Source: an uncultured Hormoscilla sp. (GTDB lineage Bacteria; Cyanobacteriota; Cyanobacteriia; Cyanobacteriales; Desertifilaceae). From it: a stretch of DNA of 64,000 bases. Below the pieces are notes generated by a model, which was not told where the DNA came from, made no database searches, and saw only the letters and a program-made list of their open reading frames with translations. The stretch covers positions 160,001 to 224,000 of the forward strand of contig OZ001293.3 in NCBI GenBank assembly GCA_963921275.4, written 5' to 3'. The position numbers were made by a program, and so were the translations under genes. This document shows, one piece after another, positions 1 to 10,569 of this stretch (position 1 is the first letter of the stretch; each line of letters opens with the position of its first letter).

Positions 1-81
1 GATCGTCATGTCTTTTTGCTCTTGGTGTGACAGATCGCCGGCGATCGGGGCTGTTGCTGACAGAGACGTTCTCGGTTGACT

Positions 82-550
82 TTACCGGTACTGGCTTAAC
101 AGTGACTGAATCAAATTTTCAGGGACAAAGAATGTGGTTTGCTGAAGACGGGAAATCGCATTGGGAAAGTTAACCATATTTTGCTGAGCCGCATCATTTA
201 ATACTCCAATTATTCCCGTGACTCTTAAACCTCGTGCTCTGGCAATTCTTCTACCTACGCCTTCATCTATTATGACTAAACTTGCTCCTTGCTGTTCTGC
301 TAAAATAATAGCTGCTTTTTCTCCGGCATCTAATACTTCTAAATCTGGATCGTCATTATCATTAACATTGGCGAGGATTAACCAGTTTGGAGGCTTGTCA
401 ACGCCGAACAATCTCAAGCGATCGCATGTCCGACAGTTCCTGTTTAACTATTGTCAGAATCAACACTTGACCGTAAAGCTGAGGCAATAACTCGATTTCT
501 CCAATTAGCAGCAAATAGCAAATTGAAGAAGTATCTGAAATAATAATCAT
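82..550 (-). pseudogene. DUF3368-type PIN-domain toxin, frameshifted near 410
   Basis: MIIISDTSSICYLLLIGEIELLPQLYG from ATG 550 runs into a stop; ORF 82..417 carries the rest (LDAGEKAAIILA, IIDEGVGRRIAR, GIIGVL). Confidence 0.8.
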
Positions 551-594
551 ATTGCTTTTAGTTTTCGGCTACCAACCTCAAGCAGGACAATTTT

Positions 595-942
595 CTAAGT
601 GCGATCGGCCTTTATACCCTCCGGCTGTAATCTTTGCATCATGGGCTGTCCTGGCTGAAGTTGGTAGCCTAGTTTTCCTTCTCGCCGTAGTTGCTCGTGG
701 GTAAACCGATCGGCTTCAAAATCTGCTTCGTCGTATGCGAAATAAATCCCTTTAGCTTTCAGAAAAGCATCTGCTTCCAGGCGCGTATTCATCCCCAGCA
801 ATTCTCGCACTTTCCCCCTACTTATCGCACCTTCCCTATAAGCTTCCAAGACGATCGCTATCTTAAGCCGACGCTCTAGATTACCCCATTTCGCTTCTAG
901 GTAACAGGCTATGTTATCTGGCAATGAAATCGTAATTTCCAT
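595..942 (-). CDS. UPF0175-family antitoxin-like protein
   Basis: MEITISLPD...EAYREGAISRGKVRELLGM pattern; directly upstream of the DUF3368 gene. Confidence 0.75.
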   Translation of the reverse strand: MEITISLPDNIACYLEAKWGNLERRLKIAIVLEAYREGAISRGKVRELLGMNTRLEADAFLKAKGIYFAYDEADFEADRFTHEQLRREGKLGYQLQPGQPMMQRLQPEGIKADRT

Positions 943-1087
943 ATCTTGCTCCCTCTTTACCGTCTCTAGCACACCCACTCCTGATTATAACATTGCGGTT
1001 TTCACCCTTCGCCTCGGACGGGCAGGCAAACGAGCAGCCCTACACTTGGCATGGGAAAATTATCCGAGATATCAATCCAACTCTTTG

Positions 1088-2566
1088 ATGAAGCTTTCCA
1101 CTCCCAACAGCATTTGGAGGACCGCAGCCATTCTGGGACTGCTGGGCATTCTCACGCGCCTGCCCTTCCAAAGCCAGATCCTCAGCGAACATGATGCGGC
1201 TAACTTTGCTCTGGCCCTGACCGACTTCGATGTCCGGTTGCACCAGCCCCATCCCCCGGGAACTTTTGTGTTTTTGATCTTGCTGGGACAGTTGTTTAAC
1301 CTGTTTCTCCATGATGCCAACCAAAGCTTGGTCTGCGTTAATATTCTGGCCTCGGGGATAGCTGCTGCTGCTACCTTCGTTCTGAGTGCCAGCTGGTTCG
1401 GCAGACCCGTGGCCTGGGTGAGTGGTCTGTTGATGCTATCGAGTCCCCTGGTCTGGTTCTACGGGGAGGTGGCACTCTCCTATATGCTGGAGTATGCCTG
1501 GGTTTTGCTGCTGGCGATTGCCTGTTTTCGACTGCGGTTAGGAGACAAAATTGCCTTTTTTGTTGCTGCTGGGATGATGGGGTTAGCGGGTGGCATCCGA
1601 CCCAATACTCCTGTTTTCCTATTTCCCTTGTGGTCAATAGCAGTTGCTTTGGGGATGCGCGATCGCAAATATTCGGGAGCCAACTTAATAGTAGCATTAC
1701 TGCTGATGGCAGGTGGGGTAGCCTTATGGGCGGTGCCAATGGTGGCAATGTCAGGGGGAGTAACTGCTTACTGGCAAGCTATTCAGATGTGGATCGATCG
1801 CCACCTGGAAGATGCCGATAATATTTTTGGGATGCTGAATAATGCGATCGCCCTTGTAAAAGCGCTACTCTTCTGTGTCGGTCTGGGGTTTTTTCCTCTA
1901 GTTTGGGTCTTAGGGAAAGAAAGAAAAACCCTCCTCTCCCGGGTGAAGCAGGACTGGCGAGTGCAAACCCTGCTGCTGTGGATCGCACCAGGGACAGCAT
2001 ACCTGATCTTTATCCACTTTCAGCGCCAAGGTCACAGTTTTACCATTATGCCAGCCTTCGTGCTGATCGGCGGTTTCGCGATCGGGCGATGGGGTCAATA
2101 TTTAGCCCGCTTGCATCGCCAAGCTGGGATTATTATAGCCGCGATCGTCATCAGTTGCAATAGTTTATTTTTCCTGCTGGGACCGGGGGAATTGCGCAGC
2201 TGGACAAAAATCCGGCAGCACGATACCTTTGTGAAAGAGCGAGTTGAAGCTATTCGCGATCGCTTTCCTGCCTCCCAGACAGTAGTGCTGACGAGAGGAC
2301 GCTACGCGCGCATATTAAACTTCTATCTAGAAGACTATCAGGAAACATCTCTGTCTCACAGACTGCAAACAACACCAACAGTTTTACCCCCTCAAGTCCG
2401 GACCCTAGTTTTGTTTGACGATCGCATTTTATCTCGACTTGCAGAAGATCCCGGTTTTGCCAGACTCCCGCTACTGGGGGGAGAAACCCTGCGATACATC
2501 AGTTGGAACGCCAACCAGCAAGTTAAAGTCGGCAAGTTTTCCCTGGAGGTGAATGGCGATCTGTGA
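1088..2566 (+). CDS. Multi-pass membrane glycosyltransferase-like protein (DUF2723/GT-C type)
   Basis: DAANFALA...HQPHPPG motif and many TM segments; start taken at ATG 1088. Confidence 0.7.
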   Translation: MKLSTPNSIWRTAAILGLLGILTRLPFQSQILSEHDAANFALALTDFDVRLHQPHPPGTFVFLILLGQLFNLFLHDANQSLVCVNILASGIAAAATFVLSASWFGRPVAWVSGLLMLSSPLVWFYGEVALSYMLEYAWVLLLAIACFRLRLGDKIAFFVAAGMMGLAGGIRPNTPVFLFPLWSIAVALGMRDRKYSGANLIVALLLMAGGVALWAVPMVAMSGGVTAYWQAIQMWIDRHLEDADNIFGMLNNAIALVKALLFCVGLGFFPLVWVLGKERKTLLSRVKQDWRVQTLLLWIAPGTAYLIFIHFQRQGHSFTIMPAFVLIGGFAIGRWGQYLARLHRQAGIIIAAIVISCNSLFFLLGPGELRSWTKIRQHDTFVKERVEAIRDRFPASQTVVLTRGRYARILNFYLEDYQETSLSHRLQTTPTVLPPQVRTLVLFDDRILSRLAEDPGFARLPLLGGETLRYISWNANQQVKVGKFSLEVNGDL

Positions 2567-2629
2567 TGGGCGATCTCCGGGCTATTTTTTGTTTGTAGTA
2601 AGCGCTTTAGCGCTATAGGCGGGACTTTT

Positions 2630-3022
2630 CTATGCTAAAAAATCGCGGATTAAATTAAGCAAAGGATTGCGATCGCATCCTGTCTGGTTGTCTACTTTAC
2701 AGAGAAATTTATGAGCAGCATTTCTAAAACTTTCCATAAATTCATCAATTTCTTTTACCTGCAAAGCCCTGTCTTTATATGAGATTATCATCCCCGATTT
2801 CCACGGTTCAAAGATAAGTGGATCTGGTTCTTCGGCAACTTCAACTGTTACCATCTTTCCTGCATTGACTGCTTTTATTCCTGTAATTAATGCCGAAAAC
2901 CAGGAGTCTAAATAAGTGGATTCTACGCTCAAAATTGTATGACTATCGGTAAGAATTATGTCTCCCAATGGATCTATGGGATCTATTCCTTCTTCATCTA
3001 ATGTCCATTTAATGTTTATCAT
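2630..3022 (-). CDS. Small acidic hypothetical protein, probable immunity protein
   Basis: 130 aa, AT-rich, acidic; overlaps the stop of the upstream toxin-like fragment by 4 nt. Confidence 0.45.
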   Translation of the reverse strand: MINIKWTLDEEGIDPIDPLGDIILTDSHTILSVESTYLDSWFSALITGIKAVNAGKMVTVEVAEEPDPLIFEPWKSGMIISYKDRALQVKEIDEFMESFRNAAHKFLCKVDNQTGCDRNPLLNLIRDFLA

Positions 3023-3313
3023 TCTGACTCTTTTCTGATATGTACGGAACGAATGTTTCCTATAGCATTAAGAACAACTCTGACTCTGACAGTCTGTTCG
3101 GAGAACACTACATCCTGCTCGAAAACTTGCCGTTCGCTTGGAGTTCCGATTAAGTTTTCCGGGCGCGTCGCAATCTCTTGACCTAGTTTAACTATGTCAT
3201 CTAGAGTGAGGTTGACATCATATTGTTGAAATGCTGGCAAATGCTTAGTGATGTGCTTGAGGTTCTTGTTGCTGAGGCTTTCTGGAGGATTAACAATCTT
3301 GCGTTCTCCTTGA
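3019..3313 (-). pseudogene. Orphan C-terminal polymorphic-toxin-like fragment
   Basis: Frame open from ~3313 with no ATG (NKNLKHITKHLPAF...VRVVLNAIGNIRSVH); coupled to the downstream small gene. Confidence 0.4.
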
Positions 3314-3542
3314 CTATTTAATATAAGTCGCTTTCAGTAATTGTAACCTTACAAAGGGGCGATGGCGATACTGCTGCACAGTCGCTGCGCGATCGGGAGG
3401 CTCTGCCTCTAACATTGCGTTCCCAGCCAGAGACTGGGAACGAGAGTAAACGAGGGGCGATCGCCTGCTGTCTGGATGGGCTTTTCCCAGCGGGCGATAC
3501 TGCTGCGCAGTCGCTGCGCGAACGGGCTTATTGACAATATTG

Positions 3543-4766
3543 TCATCTATCATTTGTTCGCCTTTTTTGATTGTTCGCCTTCTTCAGGTAAGACTTAGCC
3601 CAAGCATATCGTTTCGGATCTTTTTTGAGCAGATATTCCACAACTTGCCGTCGCTTATTATTATCAGCATTTTTGACAACTCGCTTGATTTCTGCATCCA
3701 TATCTCTTGGTGAAGCACCACGCTTAATTGCTTTATCAAACCAACGTTCTCCCTCTACAAATTGACCCCTTTCAAAACAAATCGCGCCCATTAAAGTGTA
3801 AGGATGATGACTTTGCGGTTGATATTCAATCGCTTTTCGAGCGCACTTTTCTGCGTCATCTAGTTTATGAAGATCGCGGTCATATAGTTCATCTAGTTTA
3901 TAAAGATCGCGGAAAGCACCCCCTCTTGTTGTGAGCAAAGCTGACTTGAGCTTATTTTCTTTGATTGTGTTGAAGTTCAGATTTTCTGTTACTTCCAATG
4001 CACGTCTCGGTTTCTCTGCCTTGCGCCAATGACTACTGGCGTTGGGTAAGTTCCATTTATTGCCAGTGCGATCGTACTCCTGTTCATAGAAAGTTGCTTC
4101 TATTTTGTGGTAAGCGATGCGAATCTTGCCATTAAACAGTTTATTCCCTTGGGAACGCCGCTCTCCATAATAACTATAATAGCTGTAACGTGGTTGAGAT
4201 TCTTCAACTTCATTCTCCTGAAGCCAAGCGACATCCATCTCCTCAAGCCGCTCTCCTTTCTTCAGCTTTTGCAGAATTGCGTACAATGGGCAGGAAGGTA
4301 ATTGGTCTTTGTACTCCGAGACATCATACTTTTTCTTGAGGATAGCAAAATATTCTTTCTCTTTAGCAAATTGTCGAGCAAAAATAATTACATCCTCACG
4401 TCCATTGTTTTTCAGCCAATCAATATCACCCTCACTCAACTGCTTTCCGACTTCAATCTGGGACTTTAAACTAGCAGCATATTTTTCATCAATCCAGAAG
4501 GCTAGCGTTTCAGTCTGTCCATTTTTTCTCAGCCAATCAATATCAGCCTCACTCAACAGCTCTCCCGCTTCAATCTTAGACTTTAAACTAGCAGCATGTT
4601 TTTCAATCCAGAAGGCTAGCGTTTCAGTCTGTCCATTTTTTCTCAGCCAATCAATATCAGCCTCATTCAACAGCTCTCCCGCTTCAATCTTATGCGTTAA
4701 ACTAGCAGCACATTTTTCAATCCCGATCGCAATCGTCTCAGTCAATTTCCGCTTTTTCAATAAATT
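3543..4766 (-). pseudogene. TPR-containing protein with three ~40-aa internal repeats, N-terminus removed at a MITE
   Basis: Repeats LKSKIEAGELLSEADIDWLRKNGQTETLAFWI; C-terminal TPR (AIEYQPQSHHPYTLMGAICFERG); the apparent start lies inside the MITE. Confidence 0.7.
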
Positions 4767-4944
4767 ACAATAGTCCGGACATTTTTTAGACCCCAGAACC
4801 ACGACATAGCAAGGGTTACGGCAAAAGGCGCATCATTTTTTTCAAGGTCAGGCCCAGGGCTAACTTGTAAAAAATGGCTCGCTCTCCCAAAGGCTGACGC
4901 TGTAAGGCTTACGGCGTCGTTCCCCAAAGTGTCCGGAGTATTGT
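4767..4944. mobile_element. MITE/IS end remnant (~178 bp)
   Basis: Terminal inverted repeats ACAATAGTCCGGACA / TGTCCGGAGTATTGT (1 mismatch); joins two truncated genes. Confidence 0.7.
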
Positions 4945-6921
4945 TATAACAATGTCAAAGATATCTGTCCCTTGATTGCTCACTGCGTCGATGGCGTCGA
5001 TGGCGGTTACCGTTACGGTAAAGATGCCTGCGGTAGTAGGGGTACCGCTGATAACTCCCTGAGTGTTGATGGTTACGCCCCCTGGTAAACCGGTAGCTGT
5101 GTAGTTGTTGATGTTGTTATTGATGTCGCCGAAGTTGTCGCTAATGTCTATGTCGAGGTTATTACCTAGCAAGAACTCGACGTCGGGAATCTGGGTTTTT
5201 ACATAAGGGGGGTTTTCCAACCGCTTTTCAGCCCGCAAATTTAAGACCTCTTGGGGGATGCTGCCAGTCAGTTGGTTTTTGTTCAGCCAGAGATCCTCCA
5301 AATTGGAAAGATTCCCTAACTCCGTCGGGATGCTGCCAGTCAGTTGGTTGTAGTTCAGCCGGAGATCCTCCAAATTGGAAAGATTCCCTAACTCCGTCGG
5401 GATGCTGCCAGTCAGTTGGTTTTCCTCCAGCCGGAGTTCCGTCACCCTCTTGTTAACTACCGTCACTCCATACCAACCATTAAGAATAGAAGCTTCGGGG
5501 GGAGTTTGGCTGTTGAAATTCCAGTCCCGCCAGCCTGTATTGTTCCTCCAAAAAGCCCCATTGGTGCTTTGATAGAGAGCCCTTAAAGCCTGATACTCCT
5601 GCTGGGGGATCTCATTGACGCTAATAGTCAAGGCTTCTGAGTAACTGTTCCCAGCAGCGTCGGTGGCAGTTACCGTTACGGTAAAGGTGTCTGCGGTAGT
5701 AAAAGTACCGCTGATAACTCCCCGACTGTTGATCGTTACGCCCCCTGGTAAACCGGTAGCTGTGTAATTGTCGATGTTGTTATTGATGTCGCCGAAATTT
5801 GCGCTAATGTCTATGTTGAGGTTATTACCTAGCAAGAGTTGGACGTCGGGAATCTCGGTTAAAACATAAGGGGGGTTTTCCAATCGCTTGAAGGCACTCA
5901 AATCTAGAACCTCTTGGGGGATGCTGCCAGTCAGTTGGTTGGAGTACAGCAAGAGATCCTCCAAATTGGAAAGATTCCCTAACTCCGTCGGGATGCTGCC
6001 AGTCAGTTGGTTGGAGTACAGCAAGAGATCCTCCAAATTGGAAAGATTCCCTAACTCCGTCGGGATGCTGCCAGTCAGTTGGTTGGAGTACAGCCAGAGA
6101 TCCTCCAAATTGGAAAGATTCCCTAACTCCGTCGGGATGCTGCCAGTCAGTTGGTTGGAGTACAGCCAGAGACGATTCAAATTGGAAAGATTCCCTAACT
6201 CCGTCGGGATGCTGCCAGTCAGTCCGTTTAAGTGCAGCCAGAGCCTAGTCACCCGGGAGTTAGCTACCGTCACCCCAAGCCAACCGTTAACAACAGAATC
6301 ATTGGGGGGAGTTGGGCTGTTGAAATTCCAGTCCCGCCAGCCTGTATTGAAACTCCAAGAAGCCCCATTGGTGCTTTGATAGAGAGCCCTTAAGGCCTGA
6401 TACTCCTGCTGGGAGATCAATATGCCCCCATAGGTTATCTGAGCTTCTGCGGACAATGCTAAGGGAGTTTTCATCCCCGGAGTTCGCCACTCCAACTTCC
6501 AATTTCCGCCCCGGGCTGCTGCCCCTGTCCGGGTAGTAGAGGCGGCGAGGGATGCCCCGGTCAGGGCCTGTAGCTTAGTCATCAACTCCTCTCCTGCATC
6601 TCCGGCGGCGACGTTACAGCCGTAGAGTAGGAGTTGTTTTACTTTCCACTTCTGCAGGGTAGAGGCGTAATCTCCTAGAGTATCTAAACTCAGTTGGGAG
6701 TTTCCCAGATACAGACAGCCAGGGCTGCCGTGGGAGAGTAGGTGCAGAACCTCTGTTTCTTGATGCTGTCGGAGAAGTTCGCTGATCTGTTGGATGCCAT
6801 CGGACCGAAGGTCTAAGAGGAAAGATTTGGCCCCAGGCCGGATGCCGTCTATAAGCTGCTGGTAGTTTTCTAGGGAGGCATCCACTACTACCATAGTGTT
6901 GGCATTGGTATTATGTTTCAT
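4909..6921 (-). CDS. DUF4347 + two (LRR + Ig/He_PIG-like) modules, surface-protein-like; C-terminus truncated by the MITE
   Basis: LHLLSHGSPG and LLLYGCNVAAG (DUF4347); plant-type LRR LxLYSNQLTGSIPTELGNL; YTATGLPGGVTINxxGVISGT. Confidence 0.85.
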   Translation of the reverse strand: MKHNTNANTMVVVDASLENYQQLIDGIRPGAKSFLLDLRSDGIQQISELLRQHQETEVLHLLSHGSPGCLYLGNSQLSLDTLGDYASTLQKWKVKQLLLYGCNVAAGDAGEELMTKLQALTGASLAASTTRTGAAARGGNWKLEWRTPGMKTPLALSAEAQITYGGILISQQEYQALRALYQSTNGASWSFNTGWRDWNFNSPTPPNDSVVNGWLGVTVANSRVTRLWLHLNGLTGSIPTELGNLSNLNRLWLYSNQLTGSIPTELGNLSNLEDLWLYSNQLTGSIPTELGNLSNLEDLLLYSNQLTGSIPTELGNLSNLEDLLLYSNQLTGSIPQEVLDLSAFKRLENPPYVLTEIPDVQLLLGNNLNIDISANFGDINNNIDNYTATGLPGGVTINSRGVISGTFTTADTFTVTVTATDAAGNSYSEALTISVNEIPQQEYQALRALYQSTNGAFWRNNTGWRDWNFNSQTPPEASILNGWYGVTVVNKRVTELRLEENQLTGSIPTELGNLSNLEDLRLNYNQLTGSIPTELGNLSNLEDLWLNKNQLTGSIPQEVLNLRAEKRLENPPYVKTQIPDVEFLLGNNLDIDISDNFGDINNNINNYTATGLPGGVTINTQGVISGTPTTAGIFTVTVTAIDAIDAVSNQGTDIFDIVITILRTLWGTTP
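5916..6222 (-). repeat. Near-identical 72-bp tandem repeats encoding 24-aa LRRs (more at ~5255-5420)
   Basis: GGGATGCTGCCAGTCAGTTGGTTGGAGTACAGC recurs every 72 nt. Confidence 0.9.
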
Positions 6922-7487
6922 TTTTTGGTTTCTCTTGTATTTTTCTGTAGAGGTGCTGGTGTAATACTAGCCCGACTATCGTCATATTTCTGACTTACGC
7001 CGGAACGAGTGGCACGTTTGTTTATTATAACTCAAGTGTTGGTTACCGGCGACATTGGTAACATTTCCTGCTTTAACTACAGTCATTAAAACATATTTTA
7101 CGGAAATTATCAAATTTATTTGCTACTATACCGTCGGAGTTGGGTGTCTTTCAATTTAACCCATATTTCGCAATTTCATACCCCAGCAGGTTTCCTCCGA
7201 CGCTGGCTTTCTTCGTCTACGATTCGTATACGAAATAAATCACTTGCTGAAAAGCGGTCTTTTATATCTACCGGCCCCATTTGTTTCACGCTTCCCATAC
7301 ATAGAGTCCCCCGACTGACTCAGGCACTTCCCCGACTGAGTGCGGCACTTTACCTCAGTAGTCAGGCACTTCCCCGTGCTTCTTTTCTATCGATATCCTC
7401 CCCATCGCAGAAGATTGCCAAAGTAGGAGGTAGAGGGTCGGAGTTTTCAACTAGATCGCCTCGCGGTTCCCCCAATCGTGGTAAACT

Positions 7488-7945
7488 TCAATTAACCACA
7501 GTGAAATCATCGACATTAATCAGGGTCTCATCAATCCCCGGCAGGGTGGCCATGGTTTTCGATTCAAAATTAATCCAGGTATCGAGGCCCTGAGAACCTC
7601 CTGCTAGCCTGATAAAGTCCGTGCCATCTTCAAAGTCTATGATAGTATCCCAGCCCATGCCCGACCCCAAGACAAAAAGATCGGCGTCCTCTCCTCCGTG
7701 GAGGGTATCGCTTCCCTCCCCGCCGATCAGAGTGTCCTCCTCCTCCTTCTCAAAGAGTGATAAAGTTAGGGGTTGGGGGTTAAGAGTTAGGGGTTGACGA
7801 GTATTGCTGAAGTTAAGGTCAGTAGGAGATTCGGCAACATCGTTCACATTAATAATCAAAGCCTCCGAGTAACTGGCCCCAGTAACGTCAATAGTCTGAA
7901 CGCGGATACTGTAACTATATCTCATCTCCAAGTCCGGAGAACTGT
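7488..7945 (-). pseudogene. C-terminal fragment of a cadherin/RTX calcium-binding protein
   Basis: YSIRVQTID, INVNDVAESPTD, DTLIGGEGSDTLHGGEDADLFVL, DTIIDFEDGTD; no proper N-terminus. Confidence 0.7.
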
Positions 7946-8142
7946 TATAAATTAATATCTGACTCTCCTAGCTGACTGCCTGCATCAATTTTTTTGAGAA
8001 CTTTATAGAGATGGCTGTCAGGAGATGAATCTTCATATTTACTCGCTTTATACTTAACTTTCAGTTCCGAAAATCGCTTTTCTTCTATCTCCGAAAATCG
8101 CTTTTCTTCCATCTCAGCTTTCTTTTTTTCTTTCATACTCAT
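7945..8142 (-). pseudogene. Fragment paralogous to the 3543-4766 TPR protein
   Basis: LKVKYKASKYEDSSPDSHLYKVLKKIDAG resembles LKKKYDVSEYKDQLPSCPLYAILQKLKKG. Confidence 0.55.
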
Positions 8143-8273
8143 GGCAGGTAATTTGTGATTGCATACTGTACGGTGATTGGGTATCGTTATTATTGTGATT
8201 ACCCGGGTTCGATAATACTCATTATATCATTCATTATCTTTTTTGCCATTTTGATTATGGCAATTTTCTACCT

Positions 8274-8620
8274 CCCCATACATATTCTACACTAAAATGC
8301 CCGATCGCACCGGTTCCGTTACCAACTTTCATACTCACCTCTCATATTCTACACCTCTATGGGCTACCTGTCAACTTTTCGGCAATCCCTATCTATTCTA
8401 TCGTATCTATGGGCTACCTGTCAACTTTTCGGCAATCCCTATCTATTCTACACCCCAATGCCCGATCTCGTCTAACCGGTGCCTGTCGGCGCCGCCCGAT
8501 CGCACCGGTTCCGTTACCAACTTTCAGGCTCACCTATCATATGCTATACCTCAATGGGCGACCTGTCAACTTTTCGCCTCTCCATATATTCTACCTTATC
8601 AATGGGCGACCTGTCAACTG
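8274..8620. repeat. Degenerate ~48-50 bp tandem repeat array
   Basis: ATGGGC(G/T)ACCTGTCAACT at 8359, 8409, 8554, 8602; GCCCGATCGCACCGGTTCCGTTACCAACTTTCA twice; recurring ATATTCTA. Confidence 0.8.
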
Positions 8621-8633
8621 GGGTTATCTGGCC

Positions 8634-8933
8634 TTATTCCCAAACCAGAGACACAAAAGCTATTCTTGACGGCAATTTATTAGCAATAAAATCTCTGACG
8701 ATAATTGCATTATTTTTTACATCTGTTCCTTGACTGATATCCAAAGAACCTGGGTCTTCAGCTATCTCTTGACCAATATAATACCACAGGTCAACTCCCA
8801 GAATCAACATACCCATTTGTTCCAGTTCGTCAGCAAGATTTATTGCATCAGCAGGACGCAAGAGCAATTTTCCTGCTTTTACTATACCGAGGTGATGATA
8901 CTTATCGATCGGTTGTTCTAGAACTGCTATCAT
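8634..8933 (-). CDS. Imm40-like immunity protein
   Basis: DAINLADELEQMGMLILGVDLW motif; 99 aa; second small gene behind a toxin fragment. Confidence 0.5.
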   Translation of the reverse strand: MIAVLEQPIDKYHHLGIVKAGKLLLRPADAINLADELEQMGMLILGVDLWYYIGQEIAEDPGSLDISQGTDVKNNAIIVRDFIANKLPSRIAFVSLVWE

Positions 8934-8977
8934 TTTACAGACTCCCTATAGTTGACGATACCGGGTTTCTTAATTGC

Positions 8978-9466
8978 TTACCAATTACCCTCAACCCCTT
9001 GCTTAGTCTGAGTTTCTTTTGCATATACCGATATAGACGCGATCGGCATTTTGGGAACCAATGCTGGTTGGGGGTCAATTTCTTGCACGTCAATTGCCAC
9101 ACCTGGAAACCCAGCGCAAAAAATTAGTTCTTCTGCCTCGTCATAATGCAGTCGCGGTTCGACTTTCATTGCTTCTGCCACCCCCATACCTACGGCAATT
9201 TTACCAAACAATTTACCCTGATAACCTTGGCAAGCAGTTAGTTTGAATATCTTCCCATTTCTGACATCAACAGAAATTTCTAGTTCTCCTTTGCCTAATT
9301 TATACCTAGCTTCAAATGGCGAAACCAATTCAAAACTGCCTGCTTGCCAAATGCCCAATCCCACCACCAAATCCTGTAATTGAGAAATCTTAGACCCCAG
9401 ATGTAAACCTCCCAGACTTTGATTAGGAATAATTGCTGCATCAAGTGCGATCTTAAATAACTTCAT
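8978..9466 (-). CDS. Probable immunity protein
   Basis: AAIIPNQSLGGLHLG...YQGKLFGKIAVGMGV; ATG 9466 immediately after the toxin-fragment stop. Confidence 0.55.
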   Translation of the reverse strand: MKLFKIALDAAIIPNQSLGGLHLGSKISQLQDLVVGLGIWQAGSFELVSPFEARYKLGKGELEISVDVRNGKIFKLTACQGYQGKLFGKIAVGMGVAEAMKVEPRLHYDEAEELIFCAGFPGVAIDVQEIDPQPALVPKMPIASISVYAKETQTKQGVEGNW

Positions 9467-9470
9467 AATC

Positions 9471-9806
9471 CTACTCCTTGAAACTTTCTCCTCCAATTCG
9501 GACTGTCCCACCTTCACCGGTACTTACCTTCCAATATGGATCTGGACCGTGATAGGTGCTATCTCCAGGATGCCATTGAATTATTCTCCCTGTGAAGTTT
9601 CCTTCTGATGTTACTTCGCGGAACACCACGCCTTTACCCTTATTACGACCTTTTTTAGTGGTATCGATCGCCCAGTTGGGATTATCTTGGAACAATAATA
9701 TAATATCATTAGGAATTTTTCCTTTGAGGATTTGGGGATTTTCCAAAATTTCATCAATACTTGTCATTGTACAGGATCTATGATATGGAACTGTCGAGTG
9801 AGACAT
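9471..9806 (-). CDS. Orphan polymorphic-toxin C-terminal domain (putative nuclease)
   Basis: IIQWHPGDSTYHGPDPYWKVSTGEGGTVRI, typical of Rhs/CDI toxin tips; no delivery domain. Confidence 0.55.
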   Translation of the reverse strand: MSHSTVPYHRSCTMTSIDEILENPQILKGKIPNDIILLFQDNPNWAIDTTKKGRNKGKGVVFREVTSEGNFTGRIIQWHPGDSTYHGPDPYWKVSTGEGGTVRIGGESFKE

Positions 9807-9856
9807 GGGATCTGCGCGATGGCTGGTGATGAGACAGCGATCGCCTATCCTAGGAA

Positions 9857-9990
9857 ATATATGCTCTCCATATATTCTACAGTATCTATGGGCGACCTGT
9901 CAACTTTTCTGCTCTCCATATATTCTGCACCCAAATGCCCATCTGCCAGTCCCCAACTTTCATGCTCCCCATACATATTCTACTCCATTC
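9857..9990. repeat. Second block of the 8274-8620 repeat family
   Basis: CCATATATTCTAC...ATGGGCGACCTGTCAACTTTTC at 9868-9909 plus two degenerate units. Confidence 0.75.
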
Positions 9991-10015
9991 CTGATTAAAA
10001 AATCTGCTGTAGACG

Positions 10016-10177
10016 GGTGTGGTCAAAACCTGTCGATCGCGTAGGACAGGTAGCCTGTCAGTGCGCGCAGCGCAATCTTCACGATCTCTCCCAGTCGCCG
10101 GATCCCCCAAAACCCCTCCGTGGCAATTGGGGGGGATTTCGGGGGATCCATCCTTGTGCAACAACTGCCAGACCACG
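10016..10177 (+). mobile_element. MITE copy A
   Basis: GGGTGTGGTCAAAACC...GGATCCCCCAAA...TGCAACAACTGCCAGACCACGG; inverted homologue at 10570-10771. Confidence 0.65.
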
Positions 10178-10515
10178 GGCTAGGAGGACGATAAACCAGA
10201 CCAGATTCCTCTCTTCCCAGGGCTGGAAAGACGATAAACCAGACCAGATTCCTCTCCTCCCAGGCTAAATTAATGAGAAACCTGACCAGATCCCTTTTCT
10301 CCCAGGCTAGGTTGATGAGAAACCTGACCAGATCCCTTTCTTCCCAGGCTAGGTTGATGAAAAACCTGACCAGATCCCTTTCTTCCCATTTCTGGGAGGA
10401 CGATAAACCTGACCAGATCCATTTTCCCGGGGCTGGGAGGACGATAAACATGACCAGATTCCTCTCCTCCCGGGGCTGGGAGGACGATAAACCCGAGCAG
10501 ATTTCTCTCCTCCCT
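10178..10515. repeat. 42-43 bp tandem repeat, ~8 copies
   Basis: Unit like GAGGACGATAAACC(A/T)GACCAGAT(T/C)CCT(C/T)TC(C/T)TCCCAGG(G)CT. Confidence 0.85.
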
Positions 10516-10569
10516 AGAGAAATTCACGGTCCTCCGACTAAATTTTTCCTATTGTTCCGCCCAAATCTA

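Noticed and set aside
4309..6379. Plus-strand ORFs 4309-4773, 5375-5572 and 5888-6379
   Set aside because: Antisense shadows of repeat-rich genes
8274..10515. CRISPR arrays at 8274-8620 or 10178-10515
   Set aside because: Units are degenerate along their whole length, with no constant repeat plus unique spacer pattern and no cas genes
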